Of a DNA stretch of 64,000 nt, positions 46,701 through 55,765 are shown one piece after another. Position 1 is the stretch's first letter, and each line of letters opens with the position of its first letter. Below the pieces are notes generated by a model that was not told where the DNA came from, made no database searches, and was given only the letters and a program-made list of their open reading frames with translations. The position numbers and the translations under genes were made by a program. Where the stretch lies: assembly GCF_014696225.1 (NCBI RefSeq), contig NZ_JACJPV010000013.1:1-64000 (forward strand), written 5' to 3'. The DNA is from Anabaena sp. FACHB-1237. Lineage in GTDB: Bacteria; Cyanobacteriota; Cyanobacteriia; Cyanobacteriales; Nostocaceae.

Positions 46701-47321
46701 ATGAATCAACGATTAAATGAGGAAGAACTAAATCAAATTATTTATGAGGTTCAATCTTTACAATTACGTCAAGAATCAGAATTGAATAAACAGCAGGTTC
46801 AACAAATTTTACAAGAGTTAAATTTGCCTCCTGAATTATTAGATGAAGCGTTAATTCAATTACGTCGTCGTCAAGCATTACAAGTTGAAAAAAGTCGCAA
46901 TAAGTTAATTATTGCTAGTATGGTTGCTGGTGTAATTATTTCTTTAGGAGGATGGTTATTTGTCTCTCAAAAAGAAAGTTCTTTATTAGCTAATGTTAGT
47001 TCTCAAGCTGATAGAATTACTTTATCTTCCAATAATAGTAATATCACCAATATTTCTCGTCAATCTAATTCAGAAGTTTTCTATCGTGTGACTTTAAAAG
47101 ATGCACCCATAGGTAAAAAGTTGTCTCTTTCTTGTAATTGGATTGATCCTACTGGTACTATTGTCAAACAAAATAAATACATAACTAAAGAAGTCGCAAC
47201 TTCTATATTCGATACTCATTGTCGTTATACTATTAATCCTAGTGCTAAAGTTGGTAATTGGCAAGTACAAATGTTACTTGATGGTCGAAAAATTAGCGAT
47301 GAAATTTTTAGTGTTGAGTAG
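46701..47321 (+). CDS. Hypothetical single-pass membrane protein with an N-terminal coiled-coil
   Basis: Coiled-coil/Gln-rich N-terminus, one TM (LIIASMVAGVIISLGGWLFV), beta-rich C-terminus. Confidence 0.4.
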   Translation: MNQRLNEEELNQIIYEVQSLQLRQESELNKQQVQQILQELNLPPELLDEALIQLRRRQALQVEKSRNKLIIASMVAGVIISLGGWLFVSQKESSLLANVSSQADRITLSSNNSNITNISRQSNSEVFYRVTLKDAPIGKKLSLSCNWIDPTGTIVKQNKYITKEVATSIFDTHCRYTINPSAKVGNWQVQMLLDGRKISDEIFSVE

Positions 47322-47329
47322 TTTTTGAT

Positions 47330-49060
47330 ATGTCTGTTTATCATTTTATCGGTTATTGGGGTGATGGTTGTGAAGATATTTTGCAGAAAATTATCACGCA
47401 AAGTCGCAAAGTCGCAAAGGTAGAAAGTGGTTCTTGTAATGTTCTTTATGTTGGTTGTGAATGTTTACCAATTTTAGCTAAAAATACATCTACAAATATT
47501 ATTGGTGGTATTTCTGCTGGAGGATTTTCTGGTGATCCTGATGTTTGGATAAAGCTAAGAGAAAATAAGTTGATTTTAGGAAGGGAAATTTTTGGTAAAG
47601 TTCCTTTATTTTGGATGAAAGTAGATCAGGTAATTTGGTTTTCTTCTCAATTACAATTGCTTTTACAAGTGATGGAAAAACCCGAAGTTAGTATTTCTGG
47701 TTTATATGGTTATAGTTGTTTTTCTTATGTTCCTACTCCTTTAACTGCCGTTAATCAGATTTTCTCTGTACCTGCGGGAGTTGAAATGATCTGGGATAAT
47801 ATTAATAATTATAAGTTACATTATCTTGATCAATGGTATGAGTCTCAGGAACAAGTTAAAGATGAAAAAGTCGCTGTTTCTCAATTACAAACTTTACTCA
47901 AAGATGCTGTTGAAAAACAAATTTCTGATATTAATAATGAACCAGTGGGAGTTTTCCTTTCTGGAGGTTTAGATTCTTCTATTGTTGCTGCTTTGTTAGT
48001 AAAAGCTGGTGTAAAAGTTCGTGCTTATAGTTTAGATTTTGGTAAGTTTGGTATTTCTGAGTTTTCTTATGCAGAAAAAGTGGCAAATTTTTTAAATATT
48101 CCTCTTGTAAAAGTTGATGCAAGTCCTGATAAAATAAAAAAGTATTTAGTTCCTACTGTTCAAGCATTAGATTTACCTTTTGGTGATGGTGTTACTGTTC
48201 CTTTGTATCTTCTTAATAAAGCTGCTTCTCAAGAAACAAATATCATTTTTAATGGTGAAGGTGGTGATCAATTATTTGCAGGTTGGACTAATAAACCTTT
48301 AATTGCTGCTGGTATTTATCAATCACAAAATCCTCAAAAACAAGAGGGTTTTATGCAACAATATCTCCGTACTTTTCACCGTTTATGGGGCTATGAAAAT
48401 AGGGTTTATCTACCACAAATATATGCACAGATTCAAGGTTTAAATGCTGAAGAATGGCTCGTTAATGCATTGGATATCAGTTTTGCTTCTTCATTATTAC
48501 ATCGTCTGAGAAGGGCAAATTTAATGTTAAAAGGATCACAAAACATTCATCCTCGTGCGTCTGCTTTGGGTTTTGTTCATGGGTTAAATGTGCGATCGCT
48601 CTTTTGTGATTTAAACTTAGCAAAATGGACTTTTCAACTATCAGGAGAACTCTATTTACAAGGTGCTTGTGAAAAGTATATCCTTAAACGTGCAGTGCAA
48701 GATTTATTACCATCCGATATTGTTTGGAGACAAAAACGCGGTATGGGTGTTCCTTTAACCTCGTGGTGTTTTCATGATTTATGGCATAATATCGGTAATT
48801 GGTTAAATCCGGGTATAATCGCAGCAGAAAATATTTTTTACCCTGATATTGCTACACAAATCATTACGGGACAATTAGGAGGTAATATTCAAGGAAGACG
48901 CATTGGTGAGATACTTTGGTTACTGATTATGTGGGAACTTTGGTATAATCACGTTTTTGGAAGAAAAGTAGGTAAAATCTCTTTTAATCATTCTTTTGTA
49001 CTCCCTAGTTGGTTATGGAAACAATACAAAAAAATCCAGCAACAATTCCCAGTTTATTAA
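47330..49060 (+). CDS. Asparagine-synthetase-B-like ATP-dependent amidotransferase lacking the N-terminal Cys nucleophile (beta-lactam-synthetase/lasso-cyclase-like)
   Basis: PP-loop VGVFLSGGLDSSIVAAL. N-terminal domain retains the AsnB Ntn fold (GGISAGGFSGDPDVWIKLRENKLILGREIFGKVPLFW) but begins MSVYHF with no Cys2. An in-frame stop lies directly upstream. Confidence 0.75.
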   Translation: MSVYHFIGYWGDGCEDILQKIITQSRKVAKVESGSCNVLYVGCECLPILAKNTSTNIIGGISAGGFSGDPDVWIKLRENKLILGREIFGKVPLFWMKVDQVIWFSSQLQLLLQVMEKPEVSISGLYGYSCFSYVPTPLTAVNQIFSVPAGVEMIWDNINNYKLHYLDQWYESQEQVKDEKVAVSQLQTLLKDAVEKQISDINNEPVGVFLSGGLDSSIVAALLVKAGVKVRAYSLDFGKFGISEFSYAEKVANFLNIPLVKVDASPDKIKKYLVPTVQALDLPFGDGVTVPLYLLNKAASQETNIIFNGEGGDQLFAGWTNKPLIAAGIYQSQNPQKQEGFMQQYLRTFHRLWGYENRVYLPQIYAQIQGLNAEEWLVNALDISFASSLLHRLRRANLMLKGSQNIHPRASALGFVHGLNVRSLFCDLNLAKWTFQLSGELYLQGACEKYILKRAVQDLLPSDIVWRQKRGMGVPLTSWCFHDLWHNIGNWLNPGIIAAENIFYPDIATQIITGQLGGNIQGRRIGEILWLLIMWELWYNHVFGRKVGKISFNHSFVLPSWLWKQYKKIQQQFPVY

Positions 49061-50256
49061 CTCCTTTTTCTTTAGAAGTTGCTGAGGAGTTATTACAAGT
49101 TTACGGTTTTCCTCTCTATGTTTATGATAGTAATATTCTGAAAAACACTATTTCTCATATTACTAATTCTATTAATTATCCTAGAACTAAATTTTACTTT
49201 GCCAGTGTCACTAATGGTAATATCTCATTATTGAAATTCTTTAAAGATGCTGGTTGGGGACTTCATGCTAATACCCCAGGTGATGTTTTTTTAGGTTTAA
49301 AATCAGGGTTTTATCCTAGTGAAATTGTTTATAGTGGTAGTAACTTAAATCAAGAGGATATTTCACAACTTTTAGATTGGGGTATTACTACGTTTAATCT
49401 GGATAGTATTAGTCAGTTACAGTTATTTTCTCAGGTTTTGTTATCTCACCCACAGACGCAGAGTCACAGAGAGAATTTAGGAGAAAATTTAAGAATCGGG
49501 TTACGTTTGAATGTTTCTCAAGATAGTCGTATAGGGGTTAGTATAAAGGATTTTCAGGAAGCAATAGATATTGCTAGTTTAGCAGGTTTGAAAATTACAG
49601 GTTTACATTTTTATCGCGGTACGGGAACTAATGCGACGGCCGCTTTTACTAATGTTATTGATCAGGTAATATCCATAGCAGAAAATTTACCACATTGGCA
49701 ATATTTAGATTTTGGTGGTGGTTTTGGTTATCCATATCATCGTGATCAAATATCTTTTAATTGGCATATTTTTGGAGATGAATTAACCGCAAGACTGAAT
49801 AAATTACCAATAAATGTAGATTTAATTATTGAACCTGGACGTGCTGCTGTTGCTGGTTGTGGTACTCTTTTAGTACAGGTTGTATCTATAAAATGGCAAG
49901 GTGATAAACAAATTGTCGGAGTTAATTCTACTGTTGCAAATATTTCTGTTCCTGCTGTACATGGAGGTTATCGAGAAGTTGTCACTTGGAAAAATTCCAC
50001 ATCGGAAACATACCTCACGGATGTTTGTGGAAATACTACTTATTCCAGAGATTATTTAGCTAAAAATTACCAACTTCCTGCTTTACAAATTGGTGATATT
50101 ATTGCTATTTTAGATGTTGGTGCTTATGGTTATGCTATGTCTTCTCATTTTCTACATCGTCCTAAACCTGCGGAAATACTCCTAGAAAATGGTTCACATC
50201 GCTTAATTAGAAAACGTGAAAATTACAATGTTTTACTTAACAATCAGATTGTATAA
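49009..50256 (+). CDS. Diaminopimelate/ornithine-decarboxylase-like (fold-type III PLP) protein, apparently lacking the Schiff-base lysine
   Basis: FPLYVYDSNIL...KFYFASVTNGN aligns to LysA PVWVYD...FAQKACSN with the PLP Lys replaced by Val. C-terminal EPGRA and GAYGY motifs present. Overlaps the upstream gene by 52 nt. Confidence 0.65.
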   Translation: MVMETIQKNPATIPSLLTPFSLEVAEELLQVYGFPLYVYDSNILKNTISHITNSINYPRTKFYFASVTNGNISLLKFFKDAGWGLHANTPGDVFLGLKSGFYPSEIVYSGSNLNQEDISQLLDWGITTFNLDSISQLQLFSQVLLSHPQTQSHRENLGENLRIGLRLNVSQDSRIGVSIKDFQEAIDIASLAGLKITGLHFYRGTGTNATAAFTNVIDQVISIAENLPHWQYLDFGGGFGYPYHRDQISFNWHIFGDELTARLNKLPINVDLIIEPGRAAVAGCGTLLVQVVSIKWQGDKQIVGVNSTVANISVPAVHGGYREVVTWKNSTSETYLTDVCGNTTYSRDYLAKNYQLPALQIGDIIAILDVGAYGYAMSSHFLHRPKPAEILLENGSHRLIRKRENYNVLLNNQIV

Positions 50257-50271
50257 TATCAGGATAAAATT

Positions 50272-51576
50272 ATGAAATGTATTAATTGTGGAACTGACAA
50301 CAATTTAAAAGACAGAAGGGGAAATCAAGGAAGATGTAAACAGTGTAATCATCGTTTTGCTTTTGAACCCACAGCTATGGGAAATGTGAAGGTTACAGAT
50401 CCTATGTTTGCTAAAATATTAGCTGATATTTCCGCTAATAATACTTTATATTTTACACCTAAACAACTTCTATATTTTCTGGATAATCGTATCCGACGTA
50501 AAGCATCTTCAGTCGTTGGAAATATCTTTTCATATATATTTTTGAATGTTTGGGTAACGGTTTTTTTTGGAGGATTTACTCGTGGATTTTTACCTAATTC
50601 TTTTCTAATTTGTAATTTAATTTATCAGGTAATCACAATTATTGGTTTATATCAACAAACTAAATCTCCTCAACTAAATTATGCAGGACGTAAAGCTAGT
50701 GCAAAATCTTTGAAAATTGTTGGTATTCTGATTTTATCAGTGGGAACTTTGATTACTTTTCTACTAAAATCTCCACCAATTATGATTGCTGTAATAATTT
50801 TAGGAGGTTCAGCACTACTTCTCAGTCAGCAAAAATTTGCTCCTGCTACAAGTATTCAAGATTTTATAATTTCTCAATCATCTTTAAAAAGTTGGTTAAC
50901 AAGATGGCAAGACATTAATGGTACAATTGATAAAGTTCTTCCTTCTGTACAACAGGTTATTTCAGAAAGTAATTCAATATCTATTAATCCTGAAGTTACA
51001 GCTTATAGTTTTGATAGATTGGTAGTGTGTGATAGTGCTAATATTGCACAATTATTAATTGCTAATAATTTCCATTTTGAAAATAACTGTGCAATTTTGA
51101 GTATTACTGGTTATCCTCAAAGTATTTTTACAACAACTATGGAAATGGTGAGACGTAACCCAGATTTACAAGTCTTTGCTTTACATGATTGTAGTGCTAA
51201 AGGTGTTAGTTTAGTCCATCATCTTCGTAGTAGTGAAAATTGGTTTTTTAATAGCAATGTGAAAATTATTGATGTAGGTTTATTACCTCGTCAAATTCTA
51301 GCTAATAAACGGGGAATGTTTATTCAAAATAATACTGCTTTATGCCAAAAATCTCAAGATTTACCCATAGAAGTTCGCCAAAATTTGTCTAAGGAAGAGT
51401 TAAAATGGTTAGATGCTGGAAATTTTGTGGAATTAGAGTCTTTTACCCCGCAAATGTTAATTAAAGTCCTCAGAAATGGTATTTCTGGTAGTCTTAATTT
51501 AGCAAGTGATGATAGTAGTATGATTTTTATTGGTGATTCTAGTAGTGATATTTATGTTGTGGAAAGTTTTGGTTAA
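50272..51576 (+). CDS. Zinc-ribbon-containing polytopic membrane protein, hypothetical
   Basis: N-terminal CxxC...CxxC (MKCINCGTD...RCKQCNH), 3-4 TM helices, then a ~230-aa soluble C-terminal domain. Confidence 0.5.
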   Translation: MKCINCGTDNNLKDRRGNQGRCKQCNHRFAFEPTAMGNVKVTDPMFAKILADISANNTLYFTPKQLLYFLDNRIRRKASSVVGNIFSYIFLNVWVTVFFGGFTRGFLPNSFLICNLIYQVITIIGLYQQTKSPQLNYAGRKASAKSLKIVGILILSVGTLITFLLKSPPIMIAVIILGGSALLLSQQKFAPATSIQDFIISQSSLKSWLTRWQDINGTIDKVLPSVQQVISESNSISINPEVTAYSFDRLVVCDSANIAQLLIANNFHFENNCAILSITGYPQSIFTTTMEMVRRNPDLQVFALHDCSAKGVSLVHHLRSSENWFFNSNVKIIDVGLLPRQILANKRGMFIQNNTALCQKSQDLPIEVRQNLSKEELKWLDAGNFVELESFTPQMLIKVLRNGISGSLNLASDDSSMIFIGDSSSDIYVVESFG

Positions 51577-51635
51577 TGTGTTAATGTAGTGCAAGCATCT
51601 TGCTTGCATCCTTAATTATTCAATTGCTTAATTAC

Positions 51636-51903
51636 TCTAGGACTTACGCAAGTGTCACACTAAAAAATCTGTTGAGTGGGTGCGTCAGATATCAACAATT
51701 TGGTGATTTATATCATGTCCGCCCAATCACTTACGATATAGTTCATCATTGTATTGCCTTTTCCCAATTACCAATTACCCATTACCAGCCTCAACAGATA
51801 TGATAAGTGTTCAACCGGACATGATATTACATGATTTACACTGTCTGACGTGGTTGGTGAGCTTGTCGAACCACACCCTACCAATGTACCAGTTGCGTAA
51901 GTC
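51636..51903. mobile_element. Composite/nested MITE-like non-autonomous element (outer TIR GGACTTACGCAAG, inner TIR GGGTGCGTCAGA, ~95-bp internal module shared with 61267..61362)
   Basis: Outer ends: ctaggacttacgcaagtgtcacact ... agttgcgtaagtcc. Inner ends: gggtgcgtcagat ... ctgtctgacg. No ORF of transposase size inside. Confidence 0.7.
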
Positions 51904-51925
51904 CTGTGTTCAATTGCTGAATTAT

Positions 51926-52612
51926 TCAATTGTCAATTTCTTCAGGAATGTAATTCTTAATCACTCTACCCGCACCTCGCAATTGTTTATAATAATTTTG
52001 ACTAATTTGATCTCCATCAGCAGAAAGTTGATCTATTCCTATGCCATTTCTACCCTGATCTTTTCCTGAACTATGAATATAAAAATTATTACCTAAATAT
52101 AATCCCACATGGGTGGCTTTTTCAGGAGTACCAAAAAAAATTAAATCTCCTGGTTGTATTTCATTAATATCTATAGGTTGAGTAAATCCTTCCTGTTGAT
52201 AAGCGTCTCTAGGTATCCAAATATTTACAGAAATAAATGCAGCTTGCATTAATCCAGAACAATCATAATTAGGTGCTACTGTGCCTCCCCAAAGATAATA
52301 ATTTGGCTGTTGTTTTGCTTTTTGGATAAATTTAATTACTTCTGGTATTTTTGCTTGTACTTCTGCTGTGGTAAATGTCTGTGGTTTATAAGCTGATTTA
52401 GCTTGTGTAATTAGGTGTAAATCATTGATAGATAACCATCCTGGATAGTTGTCTTCTCTGAGATAGATTTTAATGGCGCTATTTTCATGGTTTGATGTCA
52501 TTTGTAAGTATCTTCCTCTAGCGGCTTGGGTAGCTAAACGGTTACACTGAGGAGAATCATATAGGTTTAAATTGGCTAAACATTGATAGATGGTAGTTTT
52601 ACTGTGAGTCAT
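51926..52612 (-). CDS. NlpC/P60-family (C40) cell-wall peptidase
   Basis: Catalytic Cys region YDCSGLMQAAF. His region ATHVGLYLGNNFYIHSS. N-terminal SH3b-like part. Confidence 0.8.
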   Translation of the reverse strand: MTHSKTTIYQCLANLNLYDSPQCNRLATQAARGRYLQMTSNHENSAIKIYLREDNYPGWLSINDLHLITQAKSAYKPQTFTTAEVQAKIPEVIKFIQKAKQQPNYYLWGGTVAPNYDCSGLMQAAFISVNIWIPRDAYQQEGFTQPIDINEIQPGDLIFFGTPEKATHVGLYLGNNFYIHSSGKDQGRNGIGIDQLSADGDQISQNYYKQLRGAGRVIKNYIPEEIDN

Positions 52613-52622
52613 TTTTTTAAGG

Positions 52623-53573
52623 ATGTTGATAGAAATGGTATTTTTTAAGGAAGATCAAGAATTGGCAAGTATCGGTAATGATATTTTACAAATTACTTGG
52701 CGAGAATTTCCTAGTTTGACAGATACCCAAATTGCGCTCACGTGGGTTGTTTATGATCCACCTGTGCCTGTTAATACTGGTGGTGCTTTAACTCCTAATG
52801 CGTTTTGGGATCATGGGGTACGGGGTTTTAGTTATCGTGGAAGTGAGAGAATTTACCCTGCTAGTGTGGTGAAGTTATTCTATTTGGTAGCTGCACAGGA
52901 ATGGTTAGAAAAGGGGATGAGTTCTGGTTCTGAGGAGTTGGATCGGGCTTTACATGATATGATTGTGGATTCTAGTAATGATGCTACTAGTTTAGTGGTG
53001 GATATTTTGACGGGTACAACTTCTGGACCTGAGTTAACCGCAGGACCTTTTGAAACTTGGAAGTATCAACGTCAAATTATTAATCGTTATTATCAGTCTT
53101 TGGGATGGAATGAGTTACAGGAAATTAATGTTTGTCAGAAAACTTGGGGAGATGGTCCTTATGGCCGGGAAAGACGGTTTTATGGTGATATGTTTGAAAA
53201 TCGTAATATGTTAACTACTGATGCTACTGCGCGGTTGTTACATAGTATTGTGGGTGGTATTGCGGTTTCTAGTGAGCGATCGCAAGCCATGATGGAACTA
53301 CTCAAACGTAGTCTCAAAGGCGTTGATTTGCCCCAGGATGGCGAGGAAAATCAACTTACAGGGTTTTTTGGTGGTGGACTGCCAGATACGGCACAAATAT
53401 GGTCTAAGGCAGGCTGGACAAGTTCAGTACGTCATGATGCGGCTTATATTGAGTTAGTGGATCAACGTCCTTATCTGTTGGTAGTTTTTACAGAGGGTAA
53501 GAAGCAAGCGGGAAATAAAGAAATTTTACCTTTTATATCTCGTTTATTTGCAAATGCGATTAGTAAGTTGTAG
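52623..53573 (+). CDS. Class-A beta-lactamase-related serine hydrolase family protein
   Basis: SxxK motif in YPASVVKLFYL, SDN-like region DSSNDAT, KAGWT (KTG-like) motif. Confidence 0.65.
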   Translation: MLIEMVFFKEDQELASIGNDILQITWREFPSLTDTQIALTWVVYDPPVPVNTGGALTPNAFWDHGVRGFSYRGSERIYPASVVKLFYLVAAQEWLEKGMSSGSEELDRALHDMIVDSSNDATSLVVDILTGTTSGPELTAGPFETWKYQRQIINRYYQSLGWNELQEINVCQKTWGDGPYGRERRFYGDMFENRNMLTTDATARLLHSIVGGIAVSSERSQAMMELLKRSLKGVDLPQDGEENQLTGFFGGGLPDTAQIWSKAGWTSSVRHDAAYIELVDQRPYLLVVFTEGKKQAGNKEILPFISRLFANAISKL

Positions 53574-53699
53574 AAATTGATAATTGATAATTAATCTTAG
53601 AGGATGTTTGTAGAGGCGAATATAATTCGCTTTTTACAACATCCTCTCAGATATTCAGATATCCTAATTTAGAAAATAGAAGTCGGGGATCTGATTACA

Positions 53700-54473
53700 T
53701 TAAGCAATATTAGAAGTACCAAAGTCTGCTGGTATATCTTGCAGTCTTCCAGGTCCGATCGCTTGCAATGCTTCTTTCAAAATAATATCATTGGTATATA
53801 ATGCTTTACCAATTATTACCCCTTCAACTCCTTGGGGTTCTAATGCTAATAAACTCAATAAGTCGGTTACAGAACTTACTCCTCCAGATGCTATCACGGG
53901 TATGGAAATTGTGGCGGCCAGTTCTCGCAGTGCCTCTAAATTTGGTCCTTGTAATGTGCCATCTCTATTAATATCAGTGTAAATAATGGCGGCTGCACCT
54001 AATTCTTGCATTTGTACTGCTAATTGTGTGGCTAATACTGTGGAAGTTTCTAACCATCCTCTAGTAGCAACTTGTCCATTTCTGGCATCTATTCCTACTA
54101 TAATTTTTTGGGGGAATTGTTGACAAAGTTCCTGGACTAATTCTGGTTTTTCTACAGCAACAGTTCCTAAAATTGCCCATTCTATGCCGATATTAAATAA
54201 TTGTATAACACTAAAGCGATCGCGTAATCCTCCTCCCACTTCTATAGGAATAGAAAGTTCATTTCTAATAGCTTCTATGGCGGCTAAATTAACTATTTTA
54301 CCAGCTTTCGCGCCATCTAAATCAACTAAATGTAATCTAGTTGCCCCTTGATCTTCCCACATTTTGGCAACTTCTACAGGGTTTTCTCCAAAGACTTGAG
54401 ATTGTGCATAATCGCCTTTGTATAATCTAACACAGCGACCATCTAATAAATCAATTGCGGGGATAACATCCAT
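53700..54473 (-). CDS. hisA: 1-(5-phosphoribosyl)-5-[(5-phosphoribosylamino)methylideneamino]imidazole-4-carboxamide isomerase HisA
   Basis: [22 protein letters not shown]..., [18 protein letters not shown] are classic HisA motifs. Confidence 0.85.
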   Translation of the reverse strand: MDVIPAIDLLDGRCVRLYKGDYAQSQVFGENPVEVAKMWEDQGATRLHLVDLDGAKAGKIVNLAAIEAIRNELSIPIEVGGGLRDRFSVIQLFNIGIEWAILGTVAVEKPELVQELCQQFPQKIIVGIDARNGQVATRGWLETSTVLATQLAVQMQELGAAAIIYTDINRDGTLQGPNLEALRELAATISIPVIASGGVSSVTDLLSLLALEPQGVEGVIIGKALYTNDIILKEALQAIGPGRLQDIPADFGTSNIA

Positions 54474-54575
54474 ATTATTTGTTAATTCCTAAATTACTAA
54501 AGTAGTTGTTAGTTGAATGAGAATTTATGGTCATCATAAAACTCTAATAAAATGTGAGAACAAAAGATGTTAAAA

Positions 54576-54875
54576 CTATTCTTTGTTCCCTGCTTCCAAT
54601 TTGGCAATAGCTTCACGAAAACCTAAGACTATTAAAATATTAGTTAAGGTTAAAAATACTTCCGCACTACCATGTAACCAGTCTATATTAGCTAATTGTT
54701 CTCCATATTGCAATTTGGCATAAATTCCGGCGGGAATTGTCACAGCAACAAATACTAAAGTACCATAAAATCCATACAGAGCTAATTTAGGCATTTGTTG
54801 ACTACGGGTAATGAACCACAAAAAGCCTAGATAGGGAAATAATGATAGGGCAAATAATGTTTCTTTGGAGATCAT
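54576..54875 (-). CDS. Small conserved membrane protein (likely start at MISKE; the longer track ORF 54576..54938 overlaps its neighbour)
   Basis: 3 TM helices. The ATGA overlap with the upstream gene suggests a coupled pair. Confidence 0.45.
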   Translation of the reverse strand: MISKETLFALSLFPYLGFLWFITRSQQMPKLALYGFYGTLVFVAVTIPAGIYAKLQYGEQLANIDWLHGSAEVFLTLTNILIVLGFREAIAKLEAGNKE

Positions 54876-55192
54876 TTTTCGATTTTGGTAGAATTTACAG
54901 ATTGTGCATTTTGCCAAATCCAAATAGCAGCCGCCCATAATGTAAAATTACCAATTAATGTCATGGTAGCTTGTAGGGTGACTAACCATTGTAATGATTC
55001 GCTATTATCAAAATAATGCCATGTACAGGCGCACATAGCACTAATTAAGGCTGGTAACATGGCGAAGGATAAACCCCACCAAGTGCGGTTATTTGTCAGT
55101 TCTCCATAGCGCCAAATTAGCCAAATGGCTACTATCCATTCGATGACGCTGGAAACGTGAATTATCCAGGTAGGAATTGAAAGTGCGTGCAT
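54872..55192 (-). CDS. Small conserved membrane protein (Ycf49-like/DUF2499-type, tentative)
   Basis: MHALSIPTWIIHVSSVIEWIVAIWLIWRY..., 3 TM helices. Family recalled from cyanobacterial genomes, not confirmed. Confidence 0.4.
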   Translation of the reverse strand: MHALSIPTWIIHVSSVIEWIVAIWLIWRYGELTNNRTWWGLSFAMLPALISAMCACTWHYFDNSESLQWLVTLQATMTLIGNFTLWAAAIWIWQNAQSVNSTKIEK

Positions 55193-55533
55193 AATTGTTG
55201 ATTAGGGGTTGAGCTATTGGTATTAATTATAATATTATAATATCCCAAAATGAGTATGATATTAGGGTTTTTAAAATAGGTGATGTCTGTGGGAAGCGAT
55301 CGCATTTGATGATCAATCTGAGAAAATTTCTAAAAATTGGGTAGCTGTCATAATATTAAAATAATATTAACTCCTGTAATGATATGAGTTGCATTACCAT
55401 TTCCTAGGCAGCGCTTCGCGATCGCTTATTGACACAAAAAAAGCGATCGCACTAATTTAGATGAAAGCTCACTCCTCACTCTCTACTCATGATATAATCA
55501 AACTATCCCATAACATTTTAAAATTGCATATTT

Positions 55534-55755
55534 ATGCAAATTATCACCCTTGAAGTCAGCCATGAAATTGCCGAAGCATATCAATTTACTCCCTTAGAAG
55601 AACGTCAACAAATTCAACAAATTGTTAGCCTATTACTGAAAAAAGAAAATGACATTGATTTTCTCAGAAAAATCATGGATGAAATCAGCGATAGAGCATC
55701 TGCTAGAGGCTTAACACCAGAAATTTTAGATGAATTTTTAAATCTAATACTGTAG
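55534..55755 (+). CDS. Hypothetical small acidic protein (73 aa)
   Basis: ORF immediately upstream of csaB. No motif. Confidence 0.3.
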   Translation: MQIITLEVSHEIAEAYQFTPLEERQQIQQIVSLLLKKENDIDFLRKIMDEISDRASARGLTPEILDEFLNLIL

Positions 55756-55765
55756 TTAATAAACA

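Noticed and set aside
51600-52069. Two plus-strand ORFs (67 and 106 aa) between the Zn-ribbon gene and the NlpC/P60 gene
   Set aside because: They read through MITE-like repeat DNA (51636..51903) whose sequence recurs non-codingly at 56977 and 61205. The second also overlaps the NlpC/P60 gene.
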